A stretch of 63,023 bases of DNA, filler included, from Asterionella formosa (taxonomy: Eukaryota): NCBI GenBank assembly GCA_002256025.1. It is 27 parts of 27 records of this genome, joined end to end, with 100 filler letters (N's around TTAATTAATTAA, not from the genome) between each part and the next. Parts side by side here need not be neighbours in the genome. Positions count along the whole stretch, not along the records: positions 1 to 17,018 come from NKIB01004620.1; positions 17,119 to 34,103 come from NKIB01004625.1; 25 more parts are not named here. One strand, written 5' to 3'. The notes under the pieces are model-generated. The model did not search any database and was not told the DNA's origin. It saw nothing but the letters and a program-made list of their open reading frames with translations. Made by a program: the position numbers and the translations under genes. Below are positions 11,614-21,720 of this stretch, piece after piece. Position 1 is the stretch's first letter; every line of letters begins with the position of its first letter.

Positions 11614-14196
11614 ATGTCGTCAAGCAACAATGACAAGAAGAATGATGATGATGGAGGAAAGAAGGAACTTAGTGACACCCTAGACAATGGAGTTTACGAT
11701 GAGAAGAATCCCCCAGCTTTGTCGACTCTCCAAGAAGGAACTCATTGTGGCGGCGACGAATCATCGTTCCTCGCAGAGAAGCGCCTTATTGCTGGGAGAA
11801 GTCGCGCACCAAGGAAAATGGAAAAGAAGTTGGCACATAGATTCTTGGAGAAGAACGATCCAGATTCCAGCAGCTTTGGAGTCTCTGCCAATATGTCTGA
11901 TTCAAGCAACGTTGCTCTCCAGGCGAAACAAGAGAGTGTGTGCAGAAGTTCATTTGCAGAAGAGATTAAAAGAGAAGAGCTGGAAGCCGCTGCCTTGGAG
12001 GATTTGACAGCAATGCCTCAAGATGCCAAGAATTCCAGAAAAGAAATGTCGTTTGCAGAGGAGGTGAAAGTGGAAGACCAAGACCAGGAAGCAACTACCT
12101 TGCAGGAGAGTTCCGCAGTGCCTCAAGGTGACAATCATTTTTCTGAAAATTTAGTCCCAGTTCATGAAGTAATGGCAGCAGCATCACTCCAACAAGAACG
12201 TCCTGGCGCATTTTCAGTAGGAGGACGACGATTTATTCCGCAGGATGATTCTTTTTTGCATGTCGCCACTGCTCTTGCCACCAACGAGATTCAGGGTGAA
12301 CATGGCCATCTGGAACCTGCACTAATGCTCAATGCTATTCTTGTGGATGATCCTGAAATTGCCAGTGCTTCTATTGTTGACTATGAAGCAGAAAGAAAAA
12401 CCCAGTGTCAACGTCAAGTATGGGTAGGCTTGGCAACATTTTTTGTGACTTGCTTATTAGTTACTGCCGTTGTTCTTTCTGTTGTTTTCACCCGGCCGGA
12501 CCCAAATAATACATCACCACCTACAACTCCACTAGTTCTAGGAATGGGACCTACTACAACTACTCCAAATAATGCATCTCAATCACCTAGTCCACCAACA
12601 ACAGTGTCTATGATTCCATCATTGGTTCTATCAGAAACTCCATCCAGTATTCCATCATTGACACCATCAGATAATCCATCAGTAAGCTCTTCTTCAAGTT
12701 TGTTTGGGTTCTTGGCCAAACATTCATTTGATAATGGAACAGCACTTTCAACTACTGACTCTTCGCAACAAAAGGCACAGGCATGGGTGGAGCAGTCGAC
12801 ACTATATAATAGTGTCACAGACTATATTGTTTTGCAATTCTATGCATTGGCCGTGTTTAATTTTGCGACTGGTAATACACTTTCAAGCAAATCATGGTTG
12901 CAAAATAATGGAACTGTTTCTCAATACAATTTTTGTGATTGGAAAAAAATTATTTGCAATACTGGGACAGATATCACAGAGTTGTCCCCTTCTGCTTCTC
13001 AACTTGTTGGATCCTTTCCTCCTGAGATTGGACTCATCACAAGTCTCACTTCTATATATGTGCACACCAATACTTTCACTGGCACACTTCCTGCAGAGAT
13101 TGGACTCTTGACAAGTCTCAATGTTTTATATTTGTACTTCAATACTTTTACTGGCACTCTTCCCACAGAGATTGGACTCTTGAAAAGTCTTACTTCTCTA
13201 GATTTTTCGTACAATAATTTCAATGGCACACTTCCCACAGAGATTGGACTCTTGACAAGTCTTGAATATCTAGATTTGAACACCAATACTTTCACTGGCA
13301 CACTTCCCACAGAGATTGGACTCTTGACAAGTCTCACTGCTCTATATTTGAACACCAATACTTTCACTGCTGCACTTCCCACAGAGATTGGACTCTTGAC
13401 AAATCTTGAATATCTATATTTGAATACCAATACTTTCAATGGCACACTTCCCACAGAGATTGGACTCTTGACAAGTCTCATTTCTGTAGGATTGTTCTCC
13501 AATTCTTTCACTGGTACAGTGCCAGCTGATATATGGCCTGGACTTAGCACACGTCTCAGTGGACTAATGTTGAGCAACAATTCATTCATTGGTTCAGTCC
13601 CAGCTGAAATTGGAAATTTGACAAGTCTTATTTCTTTAGGATTGTTCTCCAATACTTTTACTGGCACACTTCCCACAGAGATTCAACTCTTGACAAGTCT
13701 CACATCTCTAGATATTTACTACAATACTTTCAATGGCACACTTCTCACAGAGATTGGACTCTTGACAAGTCTTGAATATCTAGATTTGAACACCAATACT
13801 TTCACTGGCACACTTCCCACAGAGATTGGACTCTTGACAAGTCTCACTGCTCTTTATTTGAACACCAATACTTTCACTGCTACACTTCCCACAGAGATTG
13901 GACTCTTGAAAAGTCTTGAATATCTAGATTTAAACACCAATACGTTCAATGGCACACTTCCCACAGAGATTGGACTCTTGACAAGTCTCACTGCTATAGG
14001 TTTGGGCGCCAATTCTTTCACTGGCACACTTCCCACAGAGATTGGACTCTTGAGAAGTCTCATTTCTTTAGAATTGTTCTCCAATTCTTTCACTGGAACA
14101 GTGCCAAATGAGATATGGCCTGGACTTAACACAAGTCTTGGTGAACTTTTGTTGAGCAACAATTCATTCACTGGTTCAGTCCCTGCAGATTTTTGA
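11614..14196 (+). CDS. Type II membrane leucine-rich-repeat protein (860 aa, ~17 LRRs), intronless
   Basis: Acidic N-terminus with a PGAFSV motif, one TM helix (VWVGLATFFVTCLLVTAVVLSVVF), a P/T/S stalk, an N-cap (QKAQAWV..QFYALAVF..CDWKKIIC), then 24-aa LxxLxLxxNxFxGTLPTEIGLLT repeats. It stops inside the last repeat with no C-cap, so it may be truncated. Confidence 0.9.
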   Translation: MSSSNNDKKNDDDGGKKELSDTLDNGVYDEKNPPALSTLQEGTHCGGDESSFLAEKRLIAGRSRAPRKMEKKLAHRFLEKNDPDSSSFGVSANMSDSSNVALQAKQESVCRSSFAEEIKREELEAAALEDLTAMPQDAKNSRKEMSFAEEVKVEDQDQEATTLQESSAVPQGDNHFSENLVPVHEVMAAASLQQERPGAFSVGGRRFIPQDDSFLHVATALATNEIQGEHGHLEPALMLNAILVDDPEIASASIVDYEAERKTQCQRQVWVGLATFFVTCLLVTAVVLSVVFTRPDPNNTSPPTTPLVLGMGPTTTTPNNASQSPSPPTTVSMIPSLVLSETPSSIPSLTPSDNPSVSSSSSLFGFLAKHSFDNGTALSTTDSSQQKAQAWVEQSTLYNSVTDYIVLQFYALAVFNFATGNTLSSKSWLQNNGTVSQYNFCDWKKIICNTGTDITELSPSASQLVGSFPPEIGLITSLTSIYVHTNTFTGTLPAEIGLLTSLNVLYLYFNTFTGTLPTEIGLLKSLTSLDFSYNNFNGTLPTEIGLLTSLEYLDLNTNTFTGTLPTEIGLLTSLTALYLNTNTFTAALPTEIGLLTNLEYLYLNTNTFNGTLPTEIGLLTSLISVGLFSNSFTGTVPADIWPGLSTRLSGLMLSNNSFIGSVPAEIGNLTSLISLGLFSNTFTGTLPTEIQLLTSLTSLDIYYNTFNGTLLTEIGLLTSLEYLDLNTNTFTGTLPTEIGLLTSLTALYLNTNTFTATLPTEIGLLKSLEYLDLNTNTFNGTLPTEIGLLTSLTAIGLGANSFTGTLPTEIGLLRSLISLELFSNSFTGTVPNEIWPGLNTSLGELLLSNNSFTGSVPADF

Positions 14197-14507
14197 TTTC
14201 TAACTCAATAATAGTGGCCCATGTGTGATGCACAGAATTTAACAATAATATATAACAAGGACATTATTAGGATCCATATTTACTTGATTATACTGTTGAT
14301 TATTAATTTACATAAAATAGGGAATGGCTTAGTGGTTAAGCATGATACCTTTTCACCGATAAATACAAATGACCACAAAAATGAAGGTTATTCTTGGAAA
14401 AGCCAAAGCCAATACAACCAAGAGAAGAAAGGCTATCCCAGGTGTGGCAGGTCCATTCTCCGACATTCTCCGAAAGTGCTAACAACATTGAAAATTGTCA
14501 GCAGGAA

Positions 14508-15291
14508 TGCTGAAGGCAATACACGCCCGAGGTGGTCTCTTGCCTGCGAGTATACATGTGTTCGAGGCTGGGTGGCGCAAGTAGGTTGACTGTACGAGTG
14601 GCGCCCCCAGCGCTGCGAGAAGGTCACCCTACGAGTGCCATCCCAGTCGGGTACACATGTATACGAGAAGGCAAATAGCCGCCGAGAAGGGTATTGTTGA
14701 GGCAATTCCCGCTCTAGCTATCGTCGCGTCATTCGCTTACCTACTGCCCACAAATTTAGCATAAATTGTGGCGGAAATACTGCTACTGGTGTCAGGCTAT
14801 TACAGCGATGCGCATGGTTGCAGCAACCAGACCATTGACGCTAAATAACGATGCAGGTCTACATTGGGTTGAGCTTTTCTTCTTCTTCTTTCGGTCTTCA
14901 ATTGTATGGTGATGGAAAGTCAATGTTGCTTGTGTAAGTACTACAATGATTCACAATGTATACGTCTCCATTGGAATTCTTATTTTTTATTTCATTTCTA
15001 ACCCAATTTTTTTCTTTTTCTCATTTGATGCAACTTATTACATCGCATTTCATACTTTGGTTGCTCCAAACATCATGTTCAATTTTCATTGTTGTTGCAT
15101 GTTACAATCATTCTTGTGTGTTTTACACTTGTTGTACCATCTCTATGCATATTACCTATATTCTGGTTGTCATGCTAAAATCGGCAATTTTATTGCCGAA
15201 AAATTCGATGTGCCCCATATTGCCCTTAAATAAAAATTACTTAGAAGTACCCGAATGGCAAGACGATAGCTGGAGCGGGAATTGCTCAAGG
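14508..15291. mobile_element. Composite non-autonomous element: 182-bp fold-back unit (14516-14697) plus 584-bp TIR unit (14702-15285)
   Basis: Unit 1 is an imperfect palindrome (CAATAC/GTATTG, TTGCCT/AGGCAA, GTATACATGTGT/ACACATGTATAC). Unit 2 has 24-bp inverted ends matching at 23/24 (GCAATTCCCGCTCTAGCTATCGTC). 14508-14766 recurs at 47230-47465 with different flanks. Confidence 0.85.
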
Positions 15292-17018
15292 AAACAAAGC
15301 AGTATCTGCAGATAAAATATTGACCATTCGACTGCCCAAGGTTTTTCTTTGTGCAAATATGTGCAAATGGAGAAAGTTCCCTGGTTGAGACAATACCAAA
15401 GCAATCAACAAAATTTTCAATCCACCATTCCATTCAGACTGGGTATCCAATAATTACTTCCCCCCCCCACAAGCGTCACCACATACGTTGGGCAGTTACT
15501 AGATGAAAATGCCGCCAGGGGGCGCTATGCAAACTATTATATCATCCCAATGGTATAGCATTAAAGACGCCAAAAAATGACGTTAAGATATTATGATACA
15601 CTGCTAGCATTCGTGATTAACTCTAGTATTTCCTTCATTTCTTCTTTATCCTCGCTCTGATGTTGTGGTACCAGGTATACTGAACATTGCGACATGAATT
15701 TCTTACTGTGCAGCTGATGTGCACCCACAATCAAATATCAGAAACTAGCTAGCGGAGAACCTATAAACAAGCACACTCAACAGTTCTGGTTTCTACAAAA
15801 GCAGCGATGGAAGCAAAACAAGTCTCTTGCAACCACGAACGATATCAGCTTCAACACAGCCAATTTATGCAATCAACTATTATAAAACAGATAGTAACAG
15901 AACAAACAATGAAAAATGAAGAATACAATAGAAAGGACCAAAAATGAAGGAGAGGATAGATCAGAACAACAAGAATCTAAAACTTTAAAGCTTGACTCTG
16001 ATGATTTAAGCAATGGAAAGGTCATTGCATCCTGATTGTCTCAAATCCAATCACTGAGTCAACCCGAAAACAAAAAAACAAGACAAAGCAAACAATAAAA
16101 AGGAATATAGATTAGGAAAGAATCAAAACATTTGTTGGATACATATCAGAGAGTGAACAAAATAAATGGAGAGTGACCGTAGTGAGGGTGAACTGGCCGG
16201 AATCCTCTGTCACTATGCAAAAAAAGCTGAATCTAACAAGCAAGTAGAGGAAACTGACAATAGCATTGCAAACTCAACCATTCCAACATGCAAGCTAAAA
16301 ATAGCACAGTCTACTATATCAAATGTCAATGAAATTTTATCGTACATTAAAGCTATCCAATAATTGCACTCGGGCCCACCAAATAGATGGACACAATTTG
16401 TACCGGTTTTATTCGTCCATACGGTACAACAGGACCTGCTGTCTTTTCGTCAGCCACACCCCCCGGAACCCTAGGGACTACATGAAAAAGGCAGGTGGAG
16501 AATGCAGGAATCGAAGCCACCACCACAGTGGGTGTGCTAACCACTAAGCCATTCCCCGCAAAATCTACCATATCACTGCATCTCAATTTTACCATTCCCA
16601 TCTAGCTTTTGCATCTTGCGACTTGAAAGCAATGACCTCAAGATGAAAGAAACAGTGGAAGAAGCAACAGAAAAGAACAGAAATCAAAGGAAATCGTCCA
16701 AGCCATTGGGAGTCTCCAGAAACTAGATTTGAACGAATCTTTCACTAGGCAGCTGTCTGATTCAAAGAATTCCCATTACCCAAAAGCATCTCAAAAATGT
16801 GAACAATCATCAAAAGTATTTACAACCAATGAATCAGCATACATTTCAGTGGCCCACTCATATAGTGCACCTGTCTTTCTATTCTTAGGAATGGAAACAC
16901 TCACAGATGCTAGTTGGCAATGCTCTTAGCCATACTCCTGCATGAAGGAGCTTCTTCTGCTCCATTAATGCCACTGCTGTCTCACCTTTATTGGGCCTTG
17001 GAGTTCAAAGATGATGAT

Positions 17019-17118
17019 NNNNNNNNNNNNNNNNNNNNNNNNNNNNNNNNNNNNNNNNNNNNTTAATTAATTAANNNNNNNNNNNNNNNNNNNNNNNNNN
17101 NNNNNNNNNNNNNNNNNN
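17019..17118. other. Artificial contig linker N44-TTAATTAATTAA-N44 (first of 26)
   Basis: Identical 100-nt spacer with stops in all six frames. Others start at 34104, 35262, 36422, 37580, 38738, 39896, 41054, 42212, 43370, 44527, 45684, 46841, 47998, 49155, 50312, 51468, 52624, 53780, 54936, 56092, 57248, 58404, 59559, 60714 and 61869. The small contigs are all 1055-1060 bp, roughly in descending length. Confidence 0.99.
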
Positions 17119-17153
17119 AAGAAATTTACTTAAGTCCATTATAAGGGAAATCT

Positions 17154-17236
17154 CTTCATTGTCCTGGGCCCCCCTTAAGTAAAATCAGTCAAATTCAGTC
17201 ACGGCAGTGTACATTGGGGGGTCCAGGACAATGAAG
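17154..17236. mobile_element. 83-bp MITE-like inverted repeat
   Basis: CTTCATTGTCCTGGGCCCCCC ... GGGGGGTCCAGGACAATGAAG, about 21-bp arms with one mismatch. Confidence 0.6.
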
Positions 17237-17499
17237 TATACGGTAGTTATATAAATGAAATATTATCATTCCCATTTGGGAATTAGTTAGTTTTTCCCGC
17301 AATTTGAGCGATGCTGCTGTCTTGTCATTGAACTACCTGGTACCGGTACCATGGTACCAGTAGTACACACCGGTAAATGTACCAACAATCCTTTGCTGGC
17401 CTCATCCTGTGGTGCGATCCACAAAAAATCTTTTCCTTGACATGAAATATACATGTATGGCATCATGAGAATCACTACTGTCTCTGCCTTCACATTGAA

Positions 17500-18327
17500 G
17501 GAACCAAGAAAGAAGTTACCAATCAAAAGAAGGACGATATTGATCGTTTCGGACCTGCAAAGTGGGACAAATATGCTGACTTTGGAGATGAATTCGATGG
17601 AGGTGATGGCCAAATGGGTGTGGCTGGAGATGGCAAGAAAGGTCTCGAGAAGTTTGGAAGTGACGTGTCCCCTTCCTTCGCGAAGTCCAAGACGATGAGT
17701 GCCAAGAACGCATGGGGTAACTCGACGGGATACGCTTCTAACTTGATTGAAAAAGGAGTAGAAGTAGTTCGGGCGCAGCAAATGGAGAACTGGATGAACC
17801 AGCAGGAACTCCGCCGAAAGAAGAATGCGCACAGGGAACTGACTGAAAGTTTTGACTCCGTGTCCACCGAAGAAGACTGGCGGGCTCTTGCCAAGTTTGG
17901 AGTTCAGAGGAATCAGGTATGGTCATTAAAGATTGACTTAGAATTATTTAATTTTTGATCAGTTGTTATGCAATATCTAACTCGAGGTCTCTCGCAAAAC
18001 TACAGGATTTCGATTTTGAGAAAGCATTTGGTGCTGTTGTCCCGGATAGCAAACTATTGAGCTCGTCTCCCGCATTGGTCAGATCCGAATTCACGAATTC
18101 AATCTAAAGAATGAGTTCATGGGATACTCTGATTTTCGGGCGGCCTTACTTCGGAAACTCCAGGTGATTTCACTGTTGTTCCTTCGGAAGGATCATTGAG
18201 CAGCAAGGAAGGAATTGACTTCGTGGTCAAGTTCAAGCCCACTAATCCTGGGGCAGTGGACAGCTATCTTGTCATTGATTCGGAGGATATGAAGAAAACT
18301 TGGAAGGTTATTGGAAGCACTGCGTAA
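17500..18327 (+). pseudogene. Frameshifted, 5'-incomplete copy of an algal hypothetical protein with a C-terminal beta-sandwich-like domain
   Basis: Exon DEFDGGDGQMGVAGDG..SAKNAWG..RAQQMENWMNQQE, then intron 17917-18005. The rest (DFDFEKAFGAV / IELVSRIGQ..KNEFMGYSDFRAA / DFTVVPSEGSL..FVVKFKPTNPG..YLVIDSEDMKKTWKVIGSTA*) needs frameshifts near 18050 and 18146. Confidence 0.7.
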
Positions 18328-18712
18328 ATATGTCGTTTGCTTTGTAGTTTGATCTTTATGATTACATCTCTAGCTATACCATTACTGGATGTGATGATGG
18401 CAAATTGAAGCGACCTTTTCAATCGTACAACGCTCTAGCTTGTGAATTGAGTAGGTCTAATTTGATTGTCGAGCAATAGTCATTGCAACTTCTTCGAAAG
18501 TAGATCCATAGTACTGCGATGATTTGTTGTTGTTGCTTTTGCTTTTGCTGTTGTTGTTCTCGCCAGTGTGGTACCCTGGTACAGATTACTTACCGTATAG
18601 CTATTGTTGTATATATAGAAATGATATATACCGGTATGCTGCGTCCTATATGTAGTGATTCTACGACGATAATAATTGGGTTTCTAGTGACTACATTCAA
18701 AGCAGTCAACAT

Positions 18713-18905
18713 GGAATCCTACGTTTAGGTAACTTTAGGAAAAAAAACCTAAACGTAATGCGTTTGGGTAACTTATTGGGATATGGGCACGGAATCCCCT
18801 AAACGTAATGCGTTTGCGTTGGGTTTTTCACTCCCGTTAGCATCGTTTTTTAGGGTTACCGAAACCTAAACACTGTTTGGTTTGCGTTTTGGTCCACCGT
18901 TAGCA
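18713..18905. repeat. Cluster of short direct and inverted repeats, possibly a transposon subterminal region
   Basis: CCTAAACGTAATGCGTTTG twice, an inverted ACGTTTAGGT/ACCTAAACGT pair, and CCGTTAGCA twice. Confidence 0.55.
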
Positions 18906-19473
18906 ACGGCCTTACGGTAGCATTGGTAAAGCAAATAAGATGACATCAGACAATCAATAACACGGTTTACATACAATACATTGGTCAAAACAGCAAGTAC
19001 CGCAACAAAAATAATATATTACCTCGTACATATTACATGGCAAAAATCCCAGTACGAACTACCGATAACATGAGAACACCCGTAAAAACTTAACAAACAA
19101 AATAAATCAAATACTTCAATGTATACGTCTCTATACATGTGTATATAAACCCGGTTCAAAAATGTATATATATATACATAGATATGTTTTTCCATAAAGC
19201 ACTGTCAAAAACAAACTGCCAGTGGAATGTACTGATACAACCATAATTTCAAATTTCGTACCCGGTCACTTGTACAAATCTACAAAGCTCAAAATACGGG
19301 ACTGCAAGTATACTGAAAAAAGGCTCTCTTTTCTGTCTACGGAGTACATACTACCTGATAGAACAACGAGGTACGACGCACCCATACGGCCAATATTACT
19401 CCGTGCATGTGACTAAACAGGCGTCCTGGTACCAGATCCCAGGTACCAGGAATTAACCAATTACACGTATGTA

Positions 19474-20271
19474 CCGTAAAACCTGGTGTCTCGTACCCCT
19501 CAATGTACACAGCCACGACTGATTTTACTTAGAGGGGAGTACAAGACATCGGACCTTTTATGAGAATCCAACACTACGAGCAAACCAACTTCACCACCGT
19601 TTTCTCCGTAGTCTAAAACGTAAATAGCAATATTAAAAGATATGTTGTTGTAGGTTCAAACAGTTTCTATGATCAATAGAATTTCTATTTTTGGTGCACC
19701 GGTGCGCCCGAGTTTTGTTATGGCATCAAAAGTAATTCCAGGTGTCTGTACCCATTTGTACCTAATCCTACAACGGTATTAACTTGTGTAGACTCTACGA
19801 CTTGGATCGTGATGGAAATTAATATAAGCCAACCACATCACTTATATGATTGTTCGACCAGAATCATGACATGCACGAAATATTTCTGCATCATGAGGCA
19901 GCAGACGAAATGATTCTGTTAACACTTCCGGCAAGCCGACAACATCAAGGCCAGAACTGCCTGAGCCTTTAGCATTCATCTTGATAATCGCTCCACAACA
20001 AGCATGCAAGTTGCAGCTTCGACTTTTGAAATAGATCTCAGGACAAGGATATCGCCATCGCAAATGTCATTGGCATCGCTCGTGTTGTTGTTGATTGTTG
20101 TTTCATGGTGACCGGTAAGAATACAATTATAGTAAATGCATTAATAAATAGCTAGAATACAATAATATGCTGTTATTTTTTCTGTAGACATAAAATATTT
20201 GGGGGTGTTGTGCCAGATGTACGAAATGGGGTACAGGTATCAGGGGGGATACGAGACACCAGGTTTTACGG
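19474..20271. mobile_element. 798-bp pogo/Tc1-mariner-type MITE with TA target duplication
   Basis: Perfect 22-bp TIR CCGTAAAACCTGGTGTCTCGTA ... TACGAGACACCAGGTTTTACGG, with TA at 19472-19473 and 20272-20273. Confidence 0.9.
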
Positions 20272-20958
20272 TACAGCTATATAGAAAGAATCAATATAGT
20301 TTACCGATAGTTATTTCAAATCAGTTCTGGTCACCAGTACAAATCTACAAAGGTACAAGATACAACTATATTATACTGTACAGTAAAGTGTTAGCATTGT
20401 CATACAACCATTACTATCATTGACATCAAAAACAAACACACCATGACAATCACACCGTCCATTGTTTCTCATTCAATTCTTGTCCAATTGGCACAGTCTT
20501 TAATCGATTCAGTGGAACCCCCCTCATGTTGCAATTACATTTTTCAAACCAAAACATCGATGTACCATCATGCCACAACTGATTCCATGCCCATGGAATT
20601 GCTAAACTCCACCTAAAAGTAACAACAAATATTGGCACTTCACCATGTCAGTCCGGATGCAACCGCGAATGCGAAATTTTCTATACACAACATGCATAAC
20701 ATGATAATTATGTATAACATTTTTACATGGCCATCACTCTGGTAAGTACAACACAGTGCATTTCTACATATTCATATCAAAAACCAAACAACCGGTAATA
20801 ACAAATTCATTCTCATACCAGTTTCCATCTATAGGATAAGTCATATTCTGTGCTACAGTTACATGCCCAGCCCTAGAAGGGCTAGATGCTCTATAGGGAT
20901 GACGCCTAGAGGCGTCGTCCCTTTTCCCTAACCCTAACAATTGTGAAAGCTAAGGTCA

Positions 20959-21720
20959 CTAAGATGAACAATTCTTGCCATTCATGCAGGACTTGCTGCG
21001 GTTGCAAATCAGTGGTGGGCAAACAAAAATGTTCTGTATTGGTCCAATATCACATGCTTCTTTTGGAGCTGGCCCTGTGAAATTATTATTTCCAAAATTT
21101 AATAAAGCTATCAAAATAGCGAAATATTAGAACAATCAGTGAAGAAATGTAAGATTCAGAAAAACAAAACTTACTCAATTTAGACATGAGACCAATTTCT
21201 GTGGGAATCATACCTGTTATCATATTGGAATGAATCTGAAAATCATGGAGACTTGTCAAATTGCCAATTTCTGCTGGAAGTACACCAGTCAACTGATTAG
21301 CAGGTAGATACAGGATTTTTAGACTTGTCAAGAATCCAATCTCTGAAGGAAGTGTTCCATTGAAATTGTTGGCGCTTGCATCAAGAAATACAACATTTTC
21401 CAAATTACCGATTTCTGATGGAAATGCACCAGTCAATTTATTATCATATAAATCCAATGATGTTAGACTGGTCAAGAATCCTACCTCTGTCAGAAGTGAC
21501 CCAGTCAGCTGATTAAAAAGGAGATACAATAATGTTTGACTTGTCAAGAATCCAATCTCTGTTGGAAGTGTTCCATTCAACTGGTTGCTGTAGGCTGCAA
21601 ATTCTATGAGGTTTGTCAAATTTCCAACCTCTGTAGGAAGCGCACCAATCAATTGATTATCATATAGATACAATACTGTTAGACTTGTTAAGAGTCCAAT
21701 CTCTGTGGGAAGTGTGCCAG
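20959..21720 (-). pseudogene. Headless LRR gene: ~8 LRRs, intron 21174-21108, Cys-rich C-cap
   Basis: Begins mid-repeat (TGTLPTEIGLLTSL) with no upstream ATG in frame. A GTAAGT..GATAG intron joins to TLLNFGNNNFTGPAPKEACDIG..CPPLICNRSKSCMNGKNCSS*. Confidence 0.8.

Noticed and set aside
12999..14171. Minus-strand ORFs with KSPISVGSVP repeats (also 32971-33264, 33808-34002, and the plus-frame 33073-33723)
   Set aside because: Antisense or alternative-frame shadows of the LRR repeats.
13020..14190. CRISPR-like repeat-spacer array
   Set aside because: The 72-bp period is exactly the 24-aa LRR in one open frame, so it is coding sequence. Its constant/variable pattern is reported as a finding instead.
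17063..17074. Recurrent TTAATTAATTAA as a biological motif
   Set aside because: Always centred in identical N runs; it is an artificial six-frame-stop linker. ORFs ending in X..LIN or crossing it are artefacts.
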